Part shown: one piece after another, positions 49,526 to 63,607 of the stretch
Numbering within the stretch: the stretch's first letter is position 1
Layout of the letters: the number at the start of each line of letters is the position of its first letter
Assembly (NCBI GenBank): GCA_951406725.2
Contig: OX597820.1
Span: 60,264,001-60,328,000 of the forward strand
Direction of reading: 5' to 3'
Length of the DNA stretch: 64,000 bases
Origin: Octopus vulgaris
Taxonomy: Eukaryota
Notes under the pieces: generated by a model
What the model was told of the DNA's origin: nothing
Seen by the model: only the letters and a program-made list of their open reading frames with translations
Database searches by the model: none
Translations under genes and position numbers: made by a program

Positions 49526-50222
49526 TGAAAGGACCTGATAAACGAAAGCAAAATGCCCCTTTGACTAAGTGGTGGGAGAATTTGAGAGTAGAGAAGTGGC
49601 TTTATATCAGGTGCTGGGGAGGTTAAAGTATGTTAGAAGGACAAGTGCAGGCATCTTGCTATGAGAAAAAACATGGTTACCCTGCTCAGTATCTTCCCTT
49701 TGAGGGTGGGCATAGGATGAAGATAAGCTGGAAGTGATGGTGTGTCAGAGCCAAACCACAAGGAGCAAGGAGGTGAGTGCAAGAGAGGATATGGACACCG
49801 AATTAATATAACACTATCTTCAGTCTATATTACTGAAAAAGTGCATACTGGAATATTCTTTGACAAATTATAGTTATATACTTAATTCTTACTATTGTAG
49901 AATAAATTATTAAATACATATATAAGAAGATTCAAGAATTGTTTTTGCATTTTAATTATGTATATAGATGCAAGCATGGCTGTGTAGTTAATAGTACATG
50001 CAGACATGGTTGTGAGGTCAAGAAGTTAGCTTCACAACTGTAGTTTTGAGCTCAATCTCATTGTGTACCATCTTGGGTAATTGTCTTCTGCTGCAGCTAT
50101 GAGCTGATTAAAGCCTTGTCAGTGGATCTCTGTTATATATTTCTGTGCATGTGTGTATATGTTTGATTCTGCTTGTCTTTATACTGTGTACTAAATGTAA
50201 ACAAATGCCATCGCATAATGTA

Positions 50223-51787
50223 TGAAGTGATATCAAAAAGTTCCTGGACTAATTCTGTAGCATGCCAACAGATGGCAGCACATGGCTGTGTGCACAGTGA
50301 GAGCTAGCAGTGACCATCATGAAGCAGTGACCTCACAAAATTTTACTTCGCAAGTTGTGAAATTTGTGTTTTTGCAACCACATGTATGCTGTAGTCTGCA
50401 ACTTTTGATTGTCATGGACAGGAAGTTGGAACAAAACACTAACGTGAAATTTGGTGTTAAACTTGGGAAGTCTGCTACAGATACACTAAGCATGATTTGG
50501 CAAGCTTACGGTGATGAGGAAATGGGTCATATGCAATGTTTTGAGAGGCATGAGTGCTTCAAAAGCAAAGAACATCCCAGGAAGATGATGAGCGATCTGG
50601 AAGACCTGCCACGTATATCATCCTCAGGAATATGAAGAAAATTCATCAGCTATAGGCGCTGGAGCGGCTGTGTGGTATGTAGCTTGTTTACCAACCACAT
50701 GGTTCCGGGTTCATTCCCACTGCGTGGCACCTAGGGCAAGTGTATCTACAATAGCCTCAGGCCGACCAAAGCCTCGTGAGTGGATTTGGTAGCCGGAAAC
50801 TGAAAGAAGCCTGTCATATATATGTATATATATAGGTATGTGTGTGTGTATATATGTTTGTGTGTCTTTGTTCGTCCCAGAACATAACTCGACAATCGAT
50901 GGTGGGTGTCTTTACGGTCCCGTAACTTAGCGGTTCGGCAAAAAGAGACCAATAGAATAAGTACTAGGCTTCCAAAGAATAAGTCCTGGGGTCGATTTGC
51001 TTGACTAAAGGCGGTGTTCCAGCATGGCCGCAGTCAAATGACTGAAACAAGTAAAAGAGTAAAAGAGCTTGTGCATGAAGATTGTCAGAGGACAATCAAT
51101 GATGTTTTGAAGTATTTGAAGGAGGACATTCAGTGAAAGTGACCAGATTTGTGGAGTGTGAAGAATTGGAATCTTCATGACAACAATAGACCCTGTCACT
51201 GAGCTCTCTTCACTCATGAGTTTCTTATTTCTTTACTGCCCACAAGGGATTAAACACAGAGGGGACAAATGAGGACAGACAAACAGATTAAGTCGATTGT
51301 ATCGACCCCAGTGTATAACTGGTACTTAATTTATTGATCCCAAAAGGATGAAAGGCAAAGTCGACCTCGGCGGAATTTGAACCCAGAACATTCACACGGA
51401 CGTAATACCGTCAAGCATTTCGCTCAGCGTGCTAACGTTTCTGCTAGCTCGTGAATTTCTTGCCAGAAACAACATGGTATTGCTTCTGCACCTGCCCTAT
51501 TCGCCAGATTTAGCAACTGCAGACTTCCATCTTTTCCCTAAGATGAAAATGTAGCTCAAAGGTCACTGTTTTAACACTATTGTCAAGATCAAGAGTGAAT
51601 CATAGAAGGTCCATGACTTGCTTATGGGAAACGACTTCCAGGCCAGATTCCAAAAGTGGCAGGAACGCTGGGACCAGTGTACAGCAGTGAAAGGTGATTA
51701 TTTTGAAGGGGATAATGCTAAAATTTAGGTAAATAAGTTATTTTTGATTAAACATAACTACTCCAGGAACTTTTTGATATCACCTTA
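50223..51787 (+). mobile_element. Degenerate mariner element with both TIRs; nested SINE B (50655-51066) and SINE C (about 51225-51452)
   Basis: TA-TGAAGTGATATCAAAAAGTTCCTGGA ... TCCAGGAACTTTTTGATATCACCTTA-TA. Peptides EQNTNVKFGVKLGKSATDT and PYSPDLATADFHLFPKMK. Confidence 0.92.
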
Positions 51788-52896
51788 TACATTTCCTTTT
51801 CTTTTATAACTACCAGATTAACAAAAGGAAAACTTTATATTTTTAGAATATATGAAACAAGAGCTAACTAAAAGTCTGAAAACAAGCATGGATATTTAGG
51901 GGAAACTTTGCTTTGAACTAGCAAATAGTTAAGTGTGATTTTCTCCATTAAGTTTGTTCCCAACCCATATATATGGCTGTGTGATAAGAATCTTGCTTCC
52001 CAACTATACGGCACCTTGGGCAAGTCTTTGTGTGTGTGCATATTTATCTATGTACACGTGTTTTTGTCTGTGTTTGTCGCCCACCCACTCCTTGACAACC
52101 AGTGTTGCTATAAAATTTAATCCTTACAACAGGAAACTAACTTCAGTAGACTTGTATCACAGGAAGAATGTATCCGAAACTGTTATATTTATACAAAGCA
52201 AATGGGATATGCATGAATTGAAATCTAACCAGCATGACACATAAAGGAGATAAGAAGAAAAAGAAAACTGAAAAAGAGAGAAAAGATGAGGTAGTATCTG
52301 TGCCTGAGGGCAGATACAGACCTCTCCCCTCAAACAAGTGGAACATCAAGAATGACAGCTGGAGGGAGAGAGGGCTGTACTAGCACCAGGCTGGTATCCA
52401 TTTTCAGTTGAAGCAAAGTGAAATGATGTGCCTTGCTTAAGGGCACAAAATACTGCTTGGTTTAGGAATTGAACTCACAACTTCAGGATCTTAACTGCAA
52501 CAGCTTAACCAGCAGGCAACACCAGTCAAGAACTAATGTCAATTTAAATAACTATATCTTCACCCAACACACCTTGGCAGCACTTAGGATTGTTTAGAGC
52601 CACTTGTAGACAGTAGCTAAATATTTGGATTGCTCTTAGTGCAATGACCACTAAGTGGCAGAACCAACTTCTGAACAACAAAGACATGAACACACCTATG
52701 TATGAGGTGTAAGAGCCATGTAGGTACAGGGATGGCTGTGTGGTAAAAAGTTTGCTTCCTAACCACATGGCTCTGGGTTCAATGTCAGTGAATGGCACCT
52801 TGGGGAAGCTCCTTTACTACAACCCTATGCTGACCAAAGCTGTGTGAATGGATTCAGTCAATGGAAACTGAAAGAAGTTCATTGTATATGTGTGTA

Positions 52897-52932
<36 letters not shown>

Positions 52933-55612
52933 CACATGTGTGATGTATGTGTATGTATATATATGTATGTGTGAGTGTTGTGTGTGTGTGAGTGTGTTTG
53001 TGTGTGTGAATATTTATCTATGTGCATGTGTTTTTGTCTGTGTTTGTCCCCCCACCACTGCTTGACAACCAGTGTTGGTGTGCATGACCCTGTAACTTAG
53101 GAGTTTGGCAAAAGAGACTGATAGAATAAGTACTAGGCTTAAAAAATAAAAGCCCTGGGGTTGAATTGGTCGACTAAAACCCCCAGCATGGCCGCAGTCA
53201 AATGACTGAAACAAGTAAAAGACACATACATAAGTGCATGCTTGTGTTCCTTATTTTGACATCATGTGATAGTTGTAAAATGATTGTTACTGTCATACAA
53301 GCAATGTCATTCTTTGCCAATATTCTGTGATTCCAAGGTGGAAAACTAGCAGAAACATTAGCACACTGGGCGAAATGCTTAGCGGTATTTCATCTGTAGT
53401 TGAGACGCTTGCTTTCCAACCATGTGGTCTCGGGTTCAGTCCTGCTACACAATACATTGGACAAAATACATTGGCAAGTGTCTTCTACTATAACACCTGG
53501 GCAGACCAAAAGCTTTTGTGAATAGATTTCGTAGATGGAAACTGAAAGAAGCCCATTGTGTATGTGTATATGTACTCCATTAAGGCGATGAGCTGGCAGA
53601 AACGTCAGCATGTTGTACAAAATACACAGTGGTATATCATCTGTCTTTATGTTCTGAGTTCAAATTCTGCCGAGGTCGATCTTGTCTTTCATCCTTTCGG
53701 GGATGATAAATTAAGTACCAGTTGCATACTGGGGTTGATCTAATCGACTGGCCCTCTCCCCCAAAATTTCGGGCCTTGTGCCTAGAGTAGAAAAGAATAT
53801 TCTGCGATTCTGTGAAAACATGTCTGGCCACAGCAGAATATTATTTTGCTTGGAAACAGGTGAGTGTTTGTGACAGGAAAGGCATTAGGCTGTAGAAAAT
53901 CTGCCTTAATGAACTCTATCTGACCCATGCATACATGGAAGAAAAAAGGTCATTGAAATGATGGTGACTAGATCTCATGACTTCTTTTCCTGCCACTTAT
54001 TTAACAATCTAAGTCAAGTAATAGATGAAAACACATTTTTTAATTGTAAGTCTAAAAACGTTTTTGTCAAAAACCCATCCCAACCTTTATGTTATAAATA
54101 TTGAAAAATGGGATAGCTGGCTCTTGTCAAACTGTTCAAGCCATACTATCATGAAGAATGGATTTTAAATGATGATGATGATGACTGTATCTGAAGGTTG
54201 AGTACTTAGCGTTCAGATTTCTTTGTCAAGTGTAGTGCTTCATTATTCAAATTATTTTGAATTACTCACATATAATCCTATAGCTTTGAGATTTCAATGA
54301 TGTAAAAATTAACACTTCCTTCTCCAAGCCTTCTCAGTTATCCAAACCACCAAGATCACAGGCCAACAGGCGTGAATAAAGGTTTCCTTTGTCCTGTCAA
54401 AAAGTGATTGATCATGTCAGATGAAGTTCAAATGAACAGGAGCTGACCTATTTAGGTACAAACTCTGCTGCAGTATGTCTATCCTAGCTGCCATGATTAT
54501 TATAAATACAGTGGTCAACAGACAGACAAGAAGAAAGGCCTAGCAGGCAAACGAGCAAGATTTTAGCAGACTGAAGAGACCAAGAGAAATATTTGATGTT
54601 CCAAGGTAGACTGCTGTCTCAGATGAACTATGCATCTGCTCACTTGATACACACATTTAACCACTCCAATGCTACTGTTTATTGTTAGGATTACACTGTA
54701 GTGTAAGTATGAGAGGCTGGATCTGGCTAGTCTGAACATAAAACAGGTTGAATATTTGGGCCAAATATGGACAGTTTTACTCTTTAGCACTTATACTGGC
54801 CATGTCTAGTCAAAATATCTACCCGATTTATGCTTAAACTGGCCACATCTGGCCTCTCATATGTATCCCATAATGTCATTCTAAATATAAACAGTCACAT
54901 CATTAAAATTTCGAAGCTACAAGATAATGCATAATTAATTCTAAAACAATGTGAATCTATAAATATTACATTTGACTGAATAATCTGAATGGTAAACCAT
55001 TACACTGATTCAGGAAGAGTTTTGGCCAGTTTGCTAAGCAGACCGAAACTTCAAAGTCGCTGTCAACACTATTCTTGTAAATGAATAATAAATATGTACT
55101 TTAAAATTTTCATTGTGTCTTGCAACCATTTCAATAGTTCAGAGAGTCAACAACTATTGAAAAGGTTGCAAGACGCAACAAAAATTTTAGGAAAATAAAT
55201 AAGTAAATGAGTGGAAACTTTACCAGTGAGTGTGTTAAATTATAAGGCACTAAAAGAGAATGACTCTCCCCAAACACAACAGAATATGCTTCAACACACG
55301 AACTCATGTAAAGAATCTTGCAAACCAAATCAAAAGATGAAATATATATATATATATATATATAGGGAGAGTTTACGAAAAAAACAAAAAACAAAAACAG
55401 GTGGTGTACAAAACAGACAGATGTATTAGCATAACGCTCAGGAATAGAAAAAGTCTTTACATTTCGAGCCTACGCGCTTCTACAGAAAGGGACACAGAAA
55501 AAACAAGGAGAGAAAAAAAAGGAGAGAAAAAAAGGATAGAAAAAAATGTGCGTAGTGGCTAACGATCTATCATGGCGACTGTCCTCATATATATTCATTG
55601 ATATATATTCAT

Positions 55613-55660
<48 letters not shown>

Positions 55661-56540
55661 GTATATATATGAGGACTGTTGTGTGAGGAAGTGCCACAAT
55701 CTAATAGTGGAAGGGGTAGACCCAGGAAGACATGGGATGAGGTGATGAAGCATGACCTTTGAATGTTGAGCCTCACAGAGGCAATGACAAGAGACTGAGA
55801 TCTTTGGAGATAAGTTGTGATTGAGAAGACCTGGCAAATCAAGTGAAATCGCAGCCATGGGCCGATGCTAGTGTTGCATGATTGGCCCATTTAAAAGTAC
55901 CCTTGTAGCATTGGGTGATATGATATGCTTAAGAAAACCTGTTGAGTCAAGTAAAATTGAAAACAAAATCGTAGCTGTGGCTAGTGCCACCTGACTGGCT
56001 TCTGTGCCAGTGGCATGTAAAATGCACCATGTGAACGTGGTCAACGCCAGTGCCCTGACTGGCTAATGTGCCAGTGGCATTCAAAAAGCACCATCCAAAT
56101 GTGGTCGATGTGTATCCTTAGGCGATTTTCAAGAAGTATCTCATTAAAATAAACTCTGTTTCGTACAACTTATTTCTGCATGTGTACATTTTGGGATTTG
56201 TTGATAGAAATGGCAAATTGAGGGATACTGCTTCATTCTTATAGAAGATCAATGACAAAGAGCAGATACCAAAAGATACAATAAAGTATTTAATAATTAT
56301 TCTCGTTAGATGGGTTGAAATGATTGTATTGATCACTAAAGATTCTAATATATTCCATCTTCTGTCTCTCTCGTTAATTACATACCCGACAAACACTGAG
56401 GAATACCTGAGGTAGATCCAGTGACATTTATAATGATACTGCGGATGACATCAGCCAGCCATAGGCAGTGAATGAGCTTAACCGGCAAACTACACGGTGT
56501 ATGCCGTATGCTTGATTAACTACTAACTATATACATATAT

Positions 56541-57146
56541 ACAAAGGAGAGTCAAATATTATATGCACTCTTGTTTTTTCAATGTATTTGGTTGTTCTGA
56601 AAATAATGGCTGCTCTAAGTGTTGTGTTTTAAAATGCATTTTTATCATAGTATCTTAACTATATTTTATGTGAATTTTGACATACTTAATAATTGATGCA
56701 TGCTCTTTAATAATTTTCTGCTTATTTCAGACAGAAAACATTCTTGAAGCATAGGCACCCTTAATTATCAACATGACAAAAAAGGATCTTCGCTTACTTT
56801 TCATGCATGAGTTCAAGCTTGGGCACAATGCCTCCTAAACTCTTGCCAATATCAAGAGAGCATGAGGAGAGGGGTCCACAAGTGATTGCACAGTATGAAG
56901 GTGGTTTCAGAAATTCTGTAGTGGTGATGAGAGCCTTGAAGATGAAGAAGGTAGAAGATGGTCATGCAGTTTTGACAATGAACAATTGAAAACAACTTTT
57001 GAACAAAAACCCACGTCAAAGTGTCAGAGAAATGTCGCAGGCACTTGGTGTCAGTATTGCAATGGTCTCATGCAATCTGCAGAAGGTTGGTAAGGTGAAA
57101 AAGCTTGATAAGTGGGTACTGCATGAGCTCAATTAAAATCAAATGT
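56541..57146 (+). mobile_element. 5' half of a mariner (Hsmar1/cecropia-like) element
   Basis: MTKKDLRLLFMHEFKLGHNA, RWFQKFCSGDESLEDEE, KLDKWVLHELN. Confidence 0.85.
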
Positions 57147-57963
57147 CCAACTCGAGAACCCAGTTTCCACAAAAACTGTTCGCTGGGAGCAGCACAAATC
57201 CAGATTTCACAGGTGGACTGCAATCAGAAAACCACTACTTTCAAAAACAAATGTTGCCAAGCATTTAGAGTACAGTAAAAACCTACAGAATTGGTCCCTA
57301 AAGCAGTGTAAGAATATTTTCTTGGATGAGTCATCCTTCACCTTATTTCTGACCATCCTTTACCTTATTTCTGACCACCGGTCGAGTATACGTGCGGAGT
57401 TAGCATTTGACCCAGACTCCCTTCTTCCAACTGTTAAACATAGAGGAGGATCTGTGATGATCGGGGGTGGGGTGGGTGGGGGGCTATATCTTAGAAATCC
57501 GTCGGACCAATAGTTTCCCTTCACGGCAGAATGAATAGTCAAGTCTGATCAAATTCATGCTATGGTTGTACAGCTGTTTCCAGAGGGAAACACAGTCTTT
57601 CAGGATGATAATGCACCAATTCACACAGCTAAAGTTGTTACTAAATAGCATGAGGAACATTCTAGTGAAGCTGAACATCTTATCTGGCCACCACAGTCCC
57701 CAGATCTCAATATTATTGAACATTTATGGTGCATTTTAGAAAAACAAGTAAGGAGTCAATATCCTCCACCATCATCACTACAAGAACTGGAGACTGTTTT
57801 AGCTGAAGAATGGACAAAAATTCCTTTGGAAACAATTCAAACTTTGTACGAGTCCATACCTCATAGAATTCAAGCTGTAATTACTGCCAAAGGCAGTCCT
57901 ACCCCATATTAAAATAAATTTGTTTGAAATTTTAAGGTGTTTCCATTATTTTGTCCATCCCCT
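57147..57963 (+). mobile_element. 3' part of the same Tc1 family as 20066-21137
   Basis: Closely matches the reverse complement of 20066-20670, plus extra DESSF and PTVKHRGGSVM. Ends in TIR gtgtttccattattttgtccatcccct. Confidence 0.92.
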
Positions 57964-57974
57964 ATATATATAGC

Positions 57975-59690
57975 CGCTGTTACATCTGTCTCCTCAATGT
58001 TGATGTAATCGATGGCTAGTGTCTCCTTTTTTAGAGCTGCAATATTTAGTAATTCAGCAGGATTTTTTTTTATTATCTACTTGTGTCCAAGGGGGAAAGT
58101 GAAGACACTTTTAAATTGTTCACTGAGTATCTCACTCATCCTTCCTGGGTCCACTGTCAGTGAGTCATTCTCTTGGAACAATGGTCCTATTTTATATTGT
58201 ATTGTAGCTGTTTCCTGTTTCCTTAGTGAATTTATAGAAAGCTTTGGGATTTGTTTTTCATGCTTTCCAAAGCACTCTTCTCTCTGCTCTTTCCCTTTCA
58301 CGAGGGTTTGATCTTGTTTTTAATTTCTAGGAGTGTCTGTATTAAGATACACTCCTCCCTATCCTTCAGTTGCCTATTCAGTCACTTTGAGGTCTTTGAC
58401 CTATTTCTCATAAGGACATTTCTGTCCCTAGGAATCCCATGTTTCAGCCATCATCATCATCATCATCATTTAACGTCCGCAGAGTTTCTACAGCTGGATG
58501 CCCTTCTTAACACCAACCACTCCAAGAGTGTAGTGGGTGCTTTTACGTGCCACTGGCACAAGGGCCGGTCAGGCGGTACTGGCAATGGCCACGCTCAAAT
58601 GGTGCTTTTTATGTGCCACATGCACAGGAGCCAGTCCAGCGGCACTGGCAACAACCTTGCTCAAATGTTTTTTCATGTGCCATCAGCACAAGTGCCAGTA
58701 AGGCGACGCAGGTAACGATCATGTTAAAATGGTGCTTTTGACGTGCCACCGGCACGGAAGCCAGTTTGTTGCTCTGGCAATGATCACGCTTGGATGATAC
58801 TCTTAGCGCTCCACTAGCATGGATGCCAGTCATCTAATTTGATTTCGATTTTGATTTCACTTGCCTCAACAGGTCTTTGCAAGCAGAATTTAGTGTCCAA
58901 TGAAGGAAAGGTATGCATAAGTGGGCTGGTTACACCCCTGGCATATGCCATGAGGTTATGGTCTCACTTGAGCTTGCTGAGTCTTCTGAAGCACAGCATA
59001 ATTCCAAAGGTCCCGGTCACTAGTCATTGCCTCGGTGAGGCTCAATGTTCGAAGATCATGCTTCACCACCTCATCTCAGGTCCTCCTGGGTCTACCTCTT
59101 CTACAGGTTCCCTCAACCGCAAGGGTGTGGTACTTTTTCACACAGATATCCACATCCATTCTCGCCACATGGGCATACCAGCATAATAATCTTAGCCTTT
59201 CTTTCTGGGATATATTTAGTGCATATAGCTTGCACTGTTGACATAGACTAGATGAGTTTCAAATCAACATCTTGCATACATAGAATGTTGGACCAGTTTC
59301 GTTTGTGGATCTCTTTGCAGATTGATTAACATTTTGCTTTATAGAAATTCAGGTTGGATAAGGCTTGAGTCCTCCTGATAAGGTAAACACCAGCAGTTCA
59401 TGCAGGACCATACATAGTTAGTTCAACAGTGATGTGATCTGAGAGTGCTGTTGGTGTCACCTTCACATGGATAAGGTCCACATTCTTTATGAAGCAGAGG
59501 TCCAATATATTGTTTCCCTTGGTTGGCCTGATTATCACTTGCTCCATGAACAGCATATTAGTAAGTTCAAGTAATTACTCTACATGCTTTTGTTCATGCA
59601 GTGACATCCTAGAGAAGATGTGGTCTTCTGGCCATTTAACATGTGGGGGGTGTTGAAGTCACCAGGAAAAATAAGTTGATGTTCTGATCT
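57975..59690 (-). mobile_element. Degenerate CR1-like LINE (endonuclease and linker), split by an RTE 3' fragment at about 58448-59185
   Basis: FPGDFN, EQVIIRPTKGNNILDLCF, LSDH; IGPL...MSEILSEQFKSVFT. Confidence 0.8.
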
Positions 59691-59792
59691 ATCTATCTAG
59701 GCTTGAAACATAAAAGACTTTTTCACCTTTTTCCCAAGTGTCAAACTAATACACCTATCTTTGTCTTTTGTTTATCAGTATATTTCAACTAT

Positions 59793-59832
<40 letters not shown>

Positions 59833-59834
59833 AC

Positions 59835-60860
59835 TGAGGGTTCCTCTATGCTGACCTCAACTAGAGAAGAAGTTCCAGATATGGAAGCAAGTTCTAGAAT
59901 CAAAGGGCCTTAGAGGTAACCTAGCAAAAATCCAAGTCTTAGTAAGTAGTAAGGTAGACAAATCACAAATCCCTTCAGGTAGATGGCTCTGCTCAATCTG
60001 TAGAAAAGGTGTAGGTAGAAACTCCATAAGCTGCACCTAGTGTAAACTTTGAACACAAAAGGTGCAGCAATATCAGAGAAAGGTTAACAGGGAAAATAGC
60101 TTTTGTATGTAGAAGATATACAGGCACAATAAATGCTGAAAATAGGCAGAAAATAGACTCTGAGAGCATAGATGTGAAATTAAGATTAGGATGGGCAAAG
60201 TTCAGAGAGCTCCTACCTCTGCTGGTAACAAAGGGCATCTCTCTGAGAGTGAAAGGTAGAATGTTTGTTGCCTGTGTGTGAACAGCTATGCTGCATGGCA
60301 GTGAAACATGGGGCTGTGTCAGTTGGGGACATGCGTAGGCTTGAAAGAAATGAAGCCAGTATGCTTTGGTGGATGAGCAATGTCAGTGTGTATGTTCAAC
60401 AGAGTGTAAGCATCTTGAGAGAAAAGTTAGGCATAAGAGGAATCAGATGTGGTATGCAAGAGAGATGACTGCACTGGTATGGTCATGTGATGCACATGGA
60501 TGAAGACAGCTGTGTAAAGAAGTGCCAGTCTCTAACTGAGGAGGGAACCTGTGAAAGAGGTAGACCCAGGAAGACATGGGACAAGGTGGAGAAGCATGAT
60601 CTTCGAAATTTGAGCCTCACAGAGGCAATGACTGGTGACCAAGATCTTTGCTGATGTACTGTGTTTGAGAAGACCTGTCAAGCCAAGTGCACCTGAGCTG
60701 GCGGCATGTAAAAGCACCCATTACACTCTCAGAGTGGTTGGCATTAGGAAGGGCATCCAGCTATAGAAAACCATACCAAATCAAGCTGGAATCTGGTGCA
60801 GCCTTCCAGTGTGGTCAAACCATCCAACCCATGCCAGCATAGACAATGATGATGATGAGG
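59835..60860 (+). mobile_element. RTE LINE fragment (RT C-terminal part plus shortened UTR)
   Basis: WPCS.CRKGVGRNSI-type motif, IRLGWAKFRELLPLL, MRRLERNEASML. Confidence 0.85.
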
Positions 60861-62014
60861 ATATATATGTGTGTGTGTGTGTGTGTGTGCTTGTATATAT
60901 ATAATACACACACATATATATGTATGTATATATATGTGTAAGCGAGTAACAAAGAAGTATAAGTGTTAATTTGTTAAAGCCGTTTTGAGCTACTCCTTTA
61001 ATTGATCAATGAAAGCATTACGTTATTACAAAAAACCCCCCATTCTCATCAGATGACCGCATAGACCACAAACGTATAGGACAAGTTAGATATTTAGACA
61101 TTCATATCATCAAGGGAGATCAAATATTTACAATAATTCCACTGCTAAATTTTTTTGGCAGAATGAAAAAAAGGACAGTACAACAACAGACAAGCCAGAA
61201 ATTAGCATAGGCTAGAATGGTGGGGTGGGATGAATGAGAGTAGTGACCCCATTATCTACATATTCAGTACAATAGGGAGATTGTAGCCTTCAAAACATCT
61301 AAAATTAGATCTTTAGGGAGTTATAAATTAATTGGTATCATGACAAACCATTCCACTATCTGAGGAAATGGAACTTTACATCTAGCCATATCAACACCAA
61401 AGGGTAGGTCACGGGGTGCTAATTGAGAATGTCTGATTGAGGAGTTGTGATAAGAGAAAAAGAATCATTAGCATGCAGGGCGAAATGCTTAGCGGTATTT
61501 CATCTGCCATTACGTTCAGAGTTCAAATTCTGCTGGGGTCGAGTTTGTCTTTCATCCTTCTGGGACTGATTAAATAAGTACCAGTTATGCACTGGGGTTG
61601 ATGTAATTGACTTAATTCCTTTGTCAGCTCCTTTCAAGTGTTGGGCCTCACAGAAGCAATGACCAAAACCTTTGTCTCAAAGTGTTGGGCTCCACCAAAG
61701 CAATGACCGAGACCTTTGGCATTATGTCGTGCTTGAGAAGATGACCCATCAAGCCAAGCAAAATCACAGTCGTGGCAAATGCTGGTGTCACACAAATGGC
61801 ATCCATTTCACTCTCAGAGTGGTTGGCATTAGGAACGGTATCCAGCAGTAGAAACCATGCCAAATCAGACTGGAGTCTGGTGCAGCCTCCCAGCTTGCCA
61901 GCCCTCGTCAAACCGTCCAACCCACGTCAGCATGGACAACGGATGTTAAATGATGATGATACATACACACATACATGTTTGTTTGTTTGTATGTATATAT
62001 GTATGTATGTATTT

Positions 62015-63066
62015 ATTTATGTGCATGTGTGCGAACAGCCATGCTACATGGCAGAGAAACATGGGCTGTGACTGCTGAGGACATGCATAAGCTTGCAAGG
62101 AATGAAGCCAGTATGCTCCGCAGGATGTGTAATGTCAGTGTGCATACACGACAGAGTGTAAGCACCCTGAGAGAAAAGTTGGATTTAAGAAGCATCAGAT
62201 ATGGTGTGCAAGAGAGACGACTGCGCTGGTATGGTCATGTATTGTGAATGAATGAGGCCAGTTGTGTGAAAAAGTGTCACACCCTAGCAGTTGAGGGAAC
62301 CTGTGGAAGAGGTAGACCCAGGAAAACCTGAGATGGAGTGGTGAAGCATGACCTTCAAACATTGGGCCTTACTGAGGCAATGACTAGTGACCGGGACCTT
62401 TGGAGATATGCTGTGCTTGAGAAGACCCGACAAGCCAAGTGAGACCATAGCCCATGGCCTATGCCAGTGAGTGTAACCAGCCCATTTATAAATACCCCTC
62501 ATTCATTGGACAATAAACCTTGCTTGTGAAGACCTATTGAGGCAAGTGAAATCAAAATCAAAATTGCTGACATGGGCTGAAGACAGTACCGCCTGATTGG
62601 CACTTGTGCCAGTGAAATGTTAAAAGAAGCATATCCGAGTATGATTGTTGCCAGGGCCATGGATTGGCTCCCGTGCCGGTGACACGTGAAAAGCACCATT
62701 TGAGCGTGATCATTGCCAGTGTTGCCTTACCAGCACATGTGCCGGTGGCACGTGAAGAAATACATTCGAGTGTAGTCATTGCCATTGCCGCCAGACTGGC
62801 TCCCATGCAGGTAGCACGTAAAAACACCTTTTGAGTGCGGTCATTGCCAGAACCACCTGACTGGCCCTCGTGCTGATGGCACGTAAAAAGCACCCACTAC
62901 ACTCTTGGAGTGGTTAGCGTTAGGAAGGGCAACCAGCCATAGAAACTTTGCCAGATCAAATTCAGCCTGGTGCAGCCTCTGGCTCACCAGTCCTCAGTCA
63001 AACCATCCAACCCATGCCAGCATGGAAAGCGGACATTAAACGATGATGATGATGATGATGACGATG
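62015..63066 (+). mobile_element. RTE LINE 3' part with a UTR array of about 5 ~60-bp units and (GAT)n tail
   Basis: ACVRTAMLHGRETW...RRLRWYGHV; matches 24820-25860. Confidence 0.9.
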
Positions 63067-63326
63067 CATAAAAGTTGGCATTTACCATTCTCATTTGAGA
63101 TAATCTCAATGAAAAAATTGTGTTATTGTGATTACATTCCTGATGAATGTTATATTACATTACATAGCTCTGCATCTTCAAAGCTGTAAAATAAAAACTC
63201 CCTCACTTGTAAGATTGGAAAGGGAAGAACATCTGGCCATAAAAATACTACACTCAAATGAATACTTGCCCATCCTAAGCTAATATAGAGAAAAAAACAA
63301 ACCTATAATAACTGAATATATATGTA

Positions 63327-63365
<39 letters not shown>

Positions 63366-63367
<2 letters not shown>

Positions 63368-63607
63368 AGGTGGAATGGCCCAGTGGTTAGGGCAGTGGAC
63401 TCGCAGTTGTATGATCGTAGTTTCAATTCCCAGACCGGCCGTTGTGAGTGTTTATTGAGCAAAAACACCTAAAGTTCCATGAGGTTCCGGCAGGAGATAG
63501 TGGCGATCCTGGCTGTACTCTTTCGCCACAACTTTCTCTCACTCTTCCCTCCCGCATCTTGCAGTTCACCTGTGACAGACCGGCATCCCGTCCAAGTAGG
63601 GAACCTC
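63366..63607 (+). mobile_element. tRNA-derived SINE (family F)
   Basis: A box tggcccagtggttagggc, degenerate B box gtttcaattccc, non-tRNA body. Confidence 0.65.

Noticed and set aside
56395-56430. CUGAGGA followed by a UACC/GGUA hairpin (and a similar partial motif near 55010-55060)
   Set aside because: No complete core plus GAAA with closing stems.
60975-61060. Minus-strand CUGAUGA...CUC-AAAAC hammerhead candidate
   Set aside because: GAAA is mutated, stem II is weak over a long loop, and there is no convincing stem I.
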